This document shows positions 1 through 11,400 of a stretch of 64,000 nucleotides of DNA, in pieces (the stretch's first letter is position 1; the number at the start of each line of letters is the position of its first letter). The translations under genes were made by a program, and so were the position numbers. Source of the stretch: Camelus dromedarius (taxonomy: Eukaryota); assembly GCF_036321535.1 (NCBI RefSeq), contig NC_087436.1, forward strand, positions 3,844,001-3,908,000, given 5' to 3'. A model generated the notes under the pieces. It made no database searches, had not been told where the DNA came from, and saw nothing but the letters and a program-made list of their open reading frames with translations.

Positions 1-799
1 TTTCCTAGTGCCGTTTTGAAGTTCCTGCAGTTTTCACTGTAAAACCGAGTTGAAGCTTGTAGCTCCCCATATATATGTATGCAGTGGAGTTTGCAACTGA
101 AAAGAAACTTTGTGTTCCCAACAAGCTAGGTGAAAGACGGCTTTCACACACACTTATCTCTCAGAACTGAGCATGTGGAGAGACGTTCGTTCATCTAGCA
201 CAAAGGGAACGGGTTGCAGGAGAAAAGTTACTCTGGTTTCTCAGTCTGTTTCCTAGTGCCGGTTTGAAGTTCCTGCAGTTTTCACTGTAAAACCGAGTTG
301 GAGCTAGTACCTCCCCGTATATATGTATGGGGTGGAGTCTGCCCATGAAAAGAAACTATGTGTTCCCAACAAGCTAGGTGAAGGACTACATTCACACACA
401 CTTATCTCTCAGAACTGAGCATGTGGAGAGACTTTCGTTCACCTAGCACAAAGGGAACGGTTTGCAGGAAAACTTTTACTCTGGATTCTCAGTATGTTTC
501 CTACTGCCGGTTTGAAGATCCTGCAGTTTTCACTGTAAAACCGGGTTGGAGCTAGTACCACCACATATACATGTATGGAGTGGAGTTTGCAACTGAAAAG
601 AAATTTTGTGTTCCCAACAAGCTAGGTGAAGTACGGCATTCACACACACTTATCTCTCAAAACTGAGCATGTGGAGAGACGTTCGTTCATCTAGCACAAA
701 AGGAACGGGTTGCAGGAGAAACTTTTACTCTGGTTTCTCAGTCTGTTTCCTAGTGCCGGTTTAAAGTTCCTGCAGTTTTCACTGTAAAACCGAGTTGGA

Positions 800-3700
800 G
801 CTATTACCTCCCCATATATATCTATGGAGTGGAGTTTGCAACTGAAAAGAAACTTTGTGTTCCAAACAAGCTAGGTGAAGGACGGCTTTCACACACACTT
901 ATCTCTCAGAACTGAGCATGTGGAGAGACCTTCGTTCATCTAGCACAAAGGGAAAGGGTTGCAGTAGTAACTTTTACTCTGGTTTCTCAGTCTGTATCCT
1001 GTTTCCGGTTTGAAGTTCCTGCAGTTTTCACTGTTAAACCGAGTTGGAGCTAGTACCTCGCCATATATAACTATGGAATGGAGTTTGCAACTGAAAAGAA
1101 AATTTGTGTTCCCAACAGGCTAGGTGAAGGACGGCTTTCACACACACTTATCTCTCAGAAATGAGCATGTGGAGAGACGTTCGTTCATCTAACACAAAGG
1201 AACGTGTTGCAGGAATAAGTTTTACTCTGGTTTCCCAGGCTGTTTCCAAGCGCCGGTTTGAAGTTCCTGCAGTTTTCACTGTAAAACCGAGTTGGAGCTA
1301 GTACCTCCCAATATATATCTATGGAGTGGAGTTTGCAACTGAAAAGAAACTTTGTGTTCCCAACAAGCTAGGTGAAGGACGGCTTTCACACACACTTATC
1401 TCTCAGAACTGAGCATGTGGAGGGACCTTCGTTCATCTAGCACAAAGGGAAAGGGTTGCAGGAGTAACTTTTACTCTGGTTTCTCAGTCTGTATCATGTT
1501 TCCGGTTTGAAGTTCCTGCAGTTTTCACTGTAAAACCGAGTTGAAGCTAGAACCTCGCCATATATAACTATGGAATGGAGTTTGCAACTGAAAAGAAAAT
1601 TTATGTTCCCAACAGGCTAGGTGAAGGACGGCTTTCACACACACTTATCTCTCAGAAATGAGCATGTGGAGAGACGTTCGTTCATCTAACACAAAGGAAC
1701 GTGTTGCCGGAGTAAGTTTTACTCTGGTTTCCCAGGGTGTTTCCAGGTGCCGGTTTGAAGTTCCTGCAGTTTTCACTGTAAAACCGAGTTGGAGCTAGTA
1801 CCTCCCCATATATATCTATGGAGTGGAGTTTGCAACTGAAAAGAAACTTTGTGTTCCCAACAAGCTAGGTGAAGCATGGCTTTCACTCACACTAATCTCT
1901 CAGAACTGAGCATGTGGAGAGACGTTCGTTCATCTAGCACAAATGGAACGGGTTGCTGGTGTAACTTTTACTCTGGATTCTCAGTCTGTTTCCTTCTGCC
2001 GGTTTGAAGTTCCTGCAGTTTTCACTGTAAAACCGAGTTGGAGCTAGTGCCAACGCATATATATGTATGGTGTGGAGTTTGCAAGTGAAAAGAAACTTTG
2101 TGTTCCCAACAAGCTAGGAGAAGGACGGCTTTCACACACACTTATCTCTCAGAACTGAGCATGTGGAGAGACGTTCGTTTATCTAGCACAAAGGGAAGGG
2201 TTTGCAGGAGAAACATTTACTCTGGTTTCTCAGTCTGTTTCCTAGTGCCGATTTGAAGTTCCTGCAGTTTTCACTGTAAATCCGAGTTGGAGATAGTACC
2301 TCCCCATATATATGTATGGAATGGTGTTTGCCAGTGAAAAGGAACTCTGTGTTCCTAACAAGCTTAGTGAAGGACGGGTTTCACACACACTTATCTCTCA
2401 GAACTGTGCATGTGGATAGACGTTCGTTCATCTTGCACAAAGAGAACGGTTTGCAGGAGAAACTTTTATTCTGTTTTCTCATTCTGTTTCCTAGTGCTGG
2501 TTTGAAGTTCCTGCAGTTTTCACTGTAAAACAGAGTTGGAGCTAGTACCTCCCCATATATATCTATGGAGTGGAGTTTGCAACTGAAAAGAAACTTTGTG
2601 TTCCCAACAAGCTAGGTGAAGGACGGATTTCACACACACTTATCTCTCAGAACTGAGCATGTGGAGAGACCTTCGTTCATCTAGAACAAAGGGAAAGGGT
2701 TGCAGGAGTAACTTTTACTCTGGTTTCTCTGTCTGTATCCTGTTTCCGGTTTGAAGTTCCTGCAGTTTTCACTGTAAAACCGAGTTGGAGCTAGAACCTC
2801 GCCATATATAACTATGGAATGGAGTTTGCAACTGAAAAGAAAATTTGTGTTCCCAACAGGCTAGGTGAAGGACGGCTTTCACACACACTTATCTCTCAGA
2901 AATGAGCATGTGGAGAGACGTTCGTTCATCTAACACAAAGGAACGTGTTGCAGGAGAAAGTTTTACTCTGGTTTCCCAGGCTGTTTCCAAGTGCCGGTTT
3001 GAAGTTCCTGCAATTTTCACTGTAAAACCGAGTTGGAGCTAGTACCTCCCCATATATATCTATGGAGTAGAGTTTGCAACTGAAAAGAAACTTTGTGTTC
3101 CCAACAAGCTAGGTGAAGCATGGCTTTCACACACACTAATCTCTCAGAACTGAGCATGTAGAGAGACGTTCGTTCATCTAGAACAAATGGAACGGGTTGC
3201 TGGTGTAACTTTTACTCTGGATTCTCAGTCTGTTTCCTGCTGCCGGTTTGAAGTTCCTGCAGTTTTCACTGTAAAACCGAGTTGGAGCTAGTGCCACCGC
3301 ATATATATGTCTGGAGTGGAGTTTGCAAGTGAAAAGAAACTTTGTGTTCCCAAAAAGCTAGGTGAAGGACGGCTTTCACACACACTTCTCTCTCAGAACT
3401 GAGCATGTGTAGAGACGATCGTTCATCTAGCAGAATGTGAACGGGTTGCAGGAGAAACATTTACTCTGGTTTCTCAGTCTGTTTCGTAGTGCCGATTTGA
3501 AGTTCCTGCAATTTTCACTGTAAATCCGAGTTGGAGATAGTACCTCCCCATGTATATGTATGGAATGGTATTTGCCAGTGAAAAGGAACTCTGTGTTCCT
3601 AACAAGCGTAGAGAAGGACGGCTTTCACACACACTTATCTCTCAGAACTTAGCATGTGGATAGACGTTCGTTCATCTTGCACAAAGAGAACGGTTTGCAG

Positions 3701-3800
3701 AAGAAACTTTTACTCTGTTTTCTCAGTCAGTTTCCTAGTGCTGGTTTGAAGTTCCTGCAGTTTTCACTGTAAAACCGAGTTGGAGCTAGTACCTCCCCAT
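800..3800. repeat. Local higher-order repeats: 2-mer (497 bp offset) and 5-mer (1244 bp offset)
   Basis: Variant 'gaccttcg' occurs at 927, 1424 and 2668 (offsets 497 and 1244). 'gaagcatggc' occurs at 1871 and 3115 (1244). Linked variants 'tataactatggaatg' and 'taacacaaaggaacgtg' recur in the same phase. Confidence 0.85.
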
Positions 3801-5499
3801 ATATTTGTATGGAGTGGAGTTGCAACTGAAAAGAAACTTTTTGTTCCCAACAAGCTAGGTGAAGGACGGCTTTCACACACACTTATCTCTCAGAACTGAG
3901 CATGTGGAGAGACGTTCGTTCATCTAGCACAAAGGGAAAGGGTTGTAGGAGAAACTTTTACTCTGGTTTCTCAGTCTGTATCCTGTTGCCGGTTTGAAGT
4001 TCCTGCAGTTTTCACTGTAAAACAGATTTTTAGCTAGTACCTCGCCATATATATCTATGGAGTGGAGTTTGCAACTGAAAAGAAAATTTGTGTTCCCAAC
4101 AGGCTAGGTGAAGGACGGCTTTCACACACACTTATCTCTCAGAACTGAGCATGTGGAGAGACGTTCGTTCATCTAGCACAAAGGAACGGGTTGCAGGAGG
4201 AACTTTTACTCTGGTATCCCAGTCTGTTTCCAAGTGCCGGTTTGAAGTTCCTGCAGTTTTCACTGTAAATCCGATTTGGAGCAAGTACCTACCCATATAT
4301 ATGTATGGATTGGAGGTTGCAACTGAAAAGAAACTTTGTGTTCCCAACAAGCTATGTGAAGGACGGCTTTCACACACAATTAACTCTCAGAACTGAGCAT
4401 GTGGAGAGACGTTCGTTCATCTAGCACAAAGGGAAAGGGTTGCAGGTGAAACTTTTAACTGGTTTCTCAGTCTGTATCCTGTTGCCGGTTTGAAGTTCCT
4501 GCAGTTTTCACTGTAAATCCGAGTTGGAGCCAGTACCTCGCCATATATATCTATGGAGTGGAGTTTGCAACTGAAAAGAAAATTTGTGTTCCCAACAGGC
4601 TAGGTGAAGGACGGCTTTCACACACACTTATCTCTCAGAACTGAGCATGTGGAGATTCGTTCGTTCATCTAGCACAAAGGAACGGGTTGCAGGAGGAACT
4701 TTTACTCTGGTTTCCCAGTCTGTTTCCAAGTGCCGGTTTGAAGTTCCTGCAGTTTTCACTGTAAAACCGATTTGGAGCAAGTAAATGCCCATATATATCT
4801 ATGGAATGAAGTTTGCAACTGAAAAGAAACTTTGTGTTCCCAACAAGCTAGGAGAAGGACGGCTTTCACACACACTTATCTCTCAGAACTGAGCATGTGG
4901 AGAGACGTTCGTTCATCTAGCACAAAGGGAACGGTTTGCAGGAGAAACATTTACTCTGGTTTCTCAGTCTGTTTCCTAGTGCCGTTTTGAAGTTCCTGCA
5001 GTTTTCACTGTAAAACCGAGTTGAAGCTTGTACCTCACCATATATATGTATGCATTGGTGTTTGCAACAGAAAAGAAACTTTGTGTTCCCAACAAGCTAG
5101 GTGAAAGACGGCTTTCACACACACTTATCTCTCAGAACTGAGCATGTGGAGAGACGTTCGTTCATCTAGCACAAAGGGAACGGGTTGCAGGAGAAAACTT
5201 ACTCTGGTTTCTCAGTCTGTTTCCTAGTGCCGGTTTGAAGTTCCTGCAGTTTTCACTGTAAAACCTAGTTGGAGCTAGTACCTCCCCATATATATGTATG
5301 GAGTGGAGTTTGCAAGTGAAAAGAAACTTTGTTTTCCCAACAAGCTAGGTGAAGGACGGCTTTCACACACACTTATCTCTCAGAACTGAGCATGTGGAGA
5401 GACGTTCATTCATATAGCACAAAAGGAACGGTTTGCAGGAGAAACTTTTACTCTGGTTTCTCAGTTTGTTTCCTAGTGCCGTTTTGAAGTTCCTGCAGT

Positions 5500-8400
5500 T
5501 TTCACTGTAAAACCGAGTTTGAGCTAGTACCTCCCCATATATATGTATGCAGTGGAGTTTCCAAGTGAAAAGAAACTTTGTTTTCCCAACAAGCTAGGTG
5601 AAGGAAGGCTTTCACACACACTTATCTCTCAGAACTGAGCATGTGGAGAGACGTTCGTTAAACTAGCACAAAGGGAACGGGTTGCAGGAGAAACTTTTAC
5701 TCTGATTTCTTAGTCTGTTTCCTAGTGCCGGTTTGAAGTTCCTGAAGTTTTCACTGTAAAACCGAGTTGGAGCGAGTACCTTCACATATATATGTATGGA
5801 GTGGAGTTTGCAACTGAAAAGAAACTTTGTGTTCCCAACAAGCTTGGTGTAGGAAGGCTTTCACACACACTTATCTCTCATAAATGAGCATGTGGAGAGA
5901 CGTTCGTTCATCTAGCACAAAGGGAACGGGTTGCAGGAGAACCTTTTACTCTGGTTTCTCAGTCTGTTTCCTAGTGCCGGTTTGAAGTTCCTGCAGTTTT
6001 CACTGTAAAACCGAGTTGGAGCTAGTACCTCCCAATATATATGTATGGAGTGGAGTCTGCAACTGAAAAGAAACTATGTGTTCCCAACAAGCAAGGTGAA
6101 GGACTGCTTTCACACAGAATTATCTCTCAGAACTGAGCATGTGGAGAGACTTTCGTTCATCTAGCACAAAGGGAACGGTTTGCAGGAGAAACTGTTACTC
6201 TGGATTCTCAGTCTGTTTCCTACTGCCGGTTTGAAGATCCTGCAGTTTTCACTGTAAAACCGAGTTGGAGCTAGTACCACCACATATATATGTATGGAGT
6301 GGAGTTTGCAACTGAAAAGAACCTTTTTGTTCCCAACAAGCTAGGTGAAGGACGTCTTTCACACACACTTATCTCTCAGAACTGAGCATGTGGAGAGACG
6401 TTCGTTCATCTAGCACAAAGGTAAAGGGTTGCAGGAGTAATTTTTACTCTGGTTTCTCAGTCTGTATCCTGTTGCCGGTTTGATGTCCTGCAGTTTTCAC
6501 TATAAAACCGAGTTGGAGCTAGTCCCTTCCCATATATATGTATGGAGTGGAGTTTGCAACTGAAAAGAAACTATTTGTTCCAAACAAGCTAGGTGAAGGA
6601 CGGCTTTCACACACACTTATCTCTCAGAACTGAGCATGTGGAGAGACGTTCGTTCATCTAGCACAAAGGAACGGGTTGCAGAAGGAACTTTTACTCTGGT
6701 TTCCCAGTCTGTTTCCAAGTGCCGGTTTGATGTTCCTGCAGTTTTCACTGTAAAACCGATTTGGAGCAAGTACCTCCCCATATATATCTATGGAGTGAAG
6801 TTTGCAACTGAAAAGAAACTTTGTGTTCCCAACAAGCTAGGTGAAGCACGGCTTTCACACACACTTATCTCTCAGAATTGAGCATGTGGAGAGACGTTCG
6901 TTCATCTAGCAGAAAGGGAACGGGTTGCAAGAGAAACTATTACTCTGGTTTCTCAGTCTGTTTCCTAGTGCCGGTTTGAAGTTCCTGCAGTTTTCACTGT
7001 AAAACCGAGTTGGAGCTTGTACCTCCCAATATATATGTATGGAGTGGAGTCTGCAACTGAAAAGAAACTATGTGTTCCAACAAGCAAGGTGAATGACTGC
7101 TTTCACACACACTTATCTCTCAGAACTGAGCATGTGGAGAGACTTTCGTTCATCTAGCACAAAGGGAACGGGTTGCAGAAGAAACTATTACTCTGGATTC
7201 TCAGTCTGTTTCCTACTGCCGGTTTGAAGATCCTGCAGTTTTCACTGTAAAACCGAGTTGGAGCTAGTACCACCACATATATATGTATGGAGTGGAGTTT
7301 GCAACTGAAAAGAAACATTTTGTTCCCAACAAGCTATGTGAAGGACGTCTTTCACACACACTTATCTCTCAGAACTGAGCATGTGGAGAGACGTTCGTTC
7401 CTCTAGCACAAATGGAACGGGTTGCAGGAGAAACTATTTCTCTGGTTTCTCAGTCTGTTTCCTAGTGCCGGTTTGAAGTTCCTACACTTTTCACTGTAAA
7501 ACCGAGTTGGAGCTAGTACCTAACCATATATATGTATGGATTGGAGTTTGCAACTGAAAAGAAACTTTGTGTTCCCAACAAGCTAGGTGAATGACGGCTT
7601 TCACACACACTTATCTCTCAGAACTGAGCATGTGGAGAGACGTTCGTTCATCTAGCACAAAAGGAACGGGTTGCAGGAGAAACTTTTACTCTGGTTTCTC
7701 AGTCTGTTTCCTAGTGCCGGTTTAAAGTTCCTGCAGTTTTCACTGTAAAACCGAGTTGGAGCTATTACCTCCCCATATATATCTATGGAGTGGAGTTTGC
7801 AACTGAAAAGAAACTTTGTGTTCCCAACAAGCTAGGTGAAGGACGGCTTTCACACACACTTCTCTCTCAGAACTGAGCATGTGTAGAGACGATCGTTCAT
7901 CTAGCCGAATGGGAACGGTTTGCAGGAGAAACATTTACTCTGGTTTCTCAGTCTGTTTCCTAGTGCCGATTTGAAGTTCCTGCAGTTTTCACTGTAAATC
8001 CGAGTTGGAGATAGTACCTCCCCATATATATGTATGGAATGGTGTTTGCCAGTGAAAAGGAACTCTGTGTTCCTAACAAGCTTAGTGAAGGACGGCTTTC
8101 ACACACACTTATCTCTCAGAACTGAGCATGTGGATAGACGTTCGTTCATCTTGCACAAAGAGAATGGTTTGCAGGAGAAACTATTACTCTGTTTTCTCAG
8201 TCTGTTTCCTAGTGCTGGTTTGAAGTTCCTGCACTTTTCACTGTAAAACCGAGTTGGAGCTAGTACCTCCCCATATATTTGTATGGAGTGGAGTTGCAAC
8301 TGAAAAGAAACTTTGTTTTCCCAACAAGCTAGGTGAAGGACGGCTTTCACACACACTTATCTCTCAGAACTGAGCATGTGGAGAGACGTTCGTTCATCTA

Positions 8401-11400
8401 GCACAAAGGGAAAGGGTTGCAGGTGAAACTTTTAACTGGTTTCTCAGTCTGTATCCTGTTGCCGGTTTGAAGTTCCTGCAGTTTTCACTGTAAAACCGAG
8501 TTGGAGCCAGTACCTCGCCATATATATCTATGGAGTGGAGTTTGCAACTGAAAAGAAAATTTGTGTTCCCAACAGGCTAGGTGAAGGACGGCTTTCACAC
8601 ACACTTATCTCTCAGAACTGAGCATGTGGAGATTCGTTCGTTCATCTAGCACAAAGGAACGGGTTGCAGGAGGAACTTTTACTCTGGTTTCCCAGTCTGT
8701 TTCCAAGTGCCGTTTTGAAGTTCCTGCAGTTTTCACTGTAAAACCGATTTGGAGCAAGTAAATGCCCATATATATCTATGGAGTGAAGTTTGCAACTGAA
8801 AAGAAACTTTGTGTTCCCAACAAGCTAGGAGAAGGACGGCTTTCACACACACTTATCTCTCAGAACTGAGCATGTGGAGAGACGTTCGTTCATCTAGCAC
8901 AAACGGAACGGTTTGCAGGAGAAACATTTACTCTGGTTTCTCAGTCTGTTTCCTAGTGTCGTTTTGAAGTTCCTGCAGTTTTCACTGTAAAACCGAGTTG
9001 AAGCTTGTACCTCCCCATATATATGTATGCATTGGAATTTGCAACTGAAAAGAAAATTTGTGTTCCCAACAAGCTAGGTGAAAGACGGCTTTCACACACA
9101 CTTATCTCTCAGAACTGAGCATGAGGAGAGACGTTCGTTCATCTAGCACAAAGGGAACGGGTTGCAGGAGAAAAGTTACTCTGGTTTCTCAGTCTGTTTC
9201 CTAGTGCCGGTTTGAAGTTCCTGCAGTTTTCAATGTAAAACATAGTTGGAGCTAGTACCTCCCCATATATATGTATGGAGTGGAGTTTGCAAGTGAAAAG
9301 AAACTTTGTTTTCCCAACAAGCTAGGTGAAGGACGGCTTTCACACACACTTATCTCTCAGAACTGAGCATGTGGAGAGACGTTCATTCATATAGCACAAA
9401 GGGAACGGTTTGCAGGAGAAACTTTTACTCTGGTTTCTCAGTCTGTTTCCTAGTGCCGTTTTGAAGTTCCTGCAGTTTTCACTGTAAAACCGAGTTTGAG
9501 CTAGTACCTCCCCATATATATGTATGCAGTGGAGTTTCCAAGTGAAAAGAAACTTAGTTTTCCCAACAAGCTAGGTGAAGGAAGGCTTTCACACACACTT
9601 ATCTCTCAGAACTGAGCATGTGGAGAGACGTTCGTTAAACTAGCACAAAGGGAACGGGTTGCAGGAGAAACTTTTACTCTGATTTCTTAGTCTGTTTCCT
9701 AGTGCCGGTTTGAAGTTCCTGCAGTTTTCACTGTAAAACCGAGTTTGAGCTAGTACCTCCCCATATATATGTATGCAGTGGAGTTTCCAAGTGAAAAGAA
9801 ACTTAGTTTTCCCAACAAGATAGGTGAAGGAAGGCTTTCACACACACTTATCTCTCAGAACTGAGCATGTGGAGAGACGTTCGTTAAACTAGCACAAAGG
9901 GAACGGGTTGCAGGAGAAACTTTTACTCTGATTTCTTAGTCTGTTTCCTAGTGCCGGTTTGAAGTTCCTGCAGTTTTCACTGTAAAACCGAGTTTGAGCT
10001 AGTACCTCCCCATATATATGTATGCAGTGGAGTTTCCAAGTGAAAAGAAACTTTGTTTTCCCAACAAGCTAGGTGAAGGAAGGCTTTCACACACACTTAT
10101 CTCTCAGAACTGAGCATGTGGAGAGACGTTCGTTAAACTAGCACAAAGGGAACGGGTTGCAGGAGAAACTTTTACTCTGATTTCTTAGTCTGTTTCCTAG
10201 TGCCGTTTTGAAGTTCCTGCAGTTTTCACTGTAAAACCGAGTTGGAGCTAGTACCTTCACATATATATGTATGGAGTGGAGTTTGCAACTGAAAAGAAAC
10301 TTTGTGTTCCCAACAAGCTTGGTGTAGGAAGGCTTTCACACACACTTATCTCTCATAAATGAGCATGTGGAGAGACGTTCGTTCATCTAGCACAAAGGGA
10401 ACGGGTTGCAGGAGAATCTTTTACTCTGGTTTCTCAGTCTGTTTCCTAGTGACGGTTTGAAGTTCCTGCAGTTTTCACTGTAAAACCGAGTTGGAGCTAG
10501 TACCTCCCAATATATATGTATGGAGTGGAGTCTGCAACTGAAAAGAAACTATGTGTTCCCAACAAGCAAGGTGAAGGACTGCTTTCACACAGAATTATCT
10601 CTCAGAACTGAGCATGTGGAGAGACTTTCGTTCATCTAGCACAAAGGGAACGGTTTGCAGGAGGAACTGTTACTCTGGATTCTCAGTCTGTTTCCTACTA
10701 CCGGTTTGAAGATCCTGCAGTTTTCACTGTAAAAACGATTTCGAGTTAGTACCTCCCCATATATATATATGGAGTGGAGTTTGCAAGTGAAAAGAAACTT
10801 TGTGTTCCCAACAAGCTAGGTGAAGGACGGCTTTCACACACACTTATCTCTCAGAACTGAGCATGTGGAGAGACGTTCGTTCATCTAGCAGAAAGGGAAC
10901 GGGTTGCAAGAGAAACTATTACTCTGGTTTCTCAGTCTGTTTCCTAGTGCCGGTTTGAAGTTCCTGCAGTTTTCACTGTAAAAACGATTTGGAGCTAGTA
11001 CCTCCCCATATATATGTATGGAGTGGAGTTTGCAAGTGAAAAGAAACTTTGTTTTCCCAACAAGCTAGGTGAAGGACGGCTTTCACACACACTTACCTCT
11101 CAGAACTAAGCATTTGGAGAGACGTTCGTTCATCTAGCACAAAGGAAAAGGGTTGCAGGAGAAACTTTTACTCTTGTTTCTCAGTCTGTAGCCTGTTGCC
11201 GGTTTGATGTTCCTGCAGTTTTCACTATAAAAACGAGTTGAAGCTTGTACCTCCCCATATATATGTATGGAGTGGAGTTTGCAACTGAAAAGAAACTTTG
11301 TGTTCCCAACAAGCTAGGTGAAGGACGGCTTTCACACACACTTATCTCTCAGAACTGAGCATGTGGAGAGACGTTCGTTCATGTAGCACAAAGGGAACGG

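Noticed and set aside
69..80. TATA-box/promoter or microsatellite calls for the (TA)n and (CA)4 runs
   Set aside because: They are short fixed parts of every monomer, with no downstream gene and almost no length variation.
91..230. Monomer as an ancient dimer of ~124-bp subunits (ttgca...agaaacttt at 91-111 and 214-229)
   Set aside because: Only short words match, and their offsets are inconsistent (123, 118, and 111 for tttcac). This is not supportable without a statistical self-alignment.
1..249. Tandem RNA gene cluster (5S rRNA, tRNA, snRNA, spliced leader) or SINE
   Set aside because: I recognise no 5S, tRNA or snRNA sequence, cloverleaf or correctly spaced Pol III A/B boxes. Variation is spread across the unit rather than split into gene and spacer. 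An Rfam/Infernal search would be the formal test.
1..249. Identity with primate alpha satellite (171 bp) or mouse major/minor satellite; canonical CENP-B box
   Set aside because: Monomer length and sequence do not match these families beyond short words such as tctcagaa and agaaactt. I found no TTCG-N4-A-N2-CGGG in the consensus on either strand.
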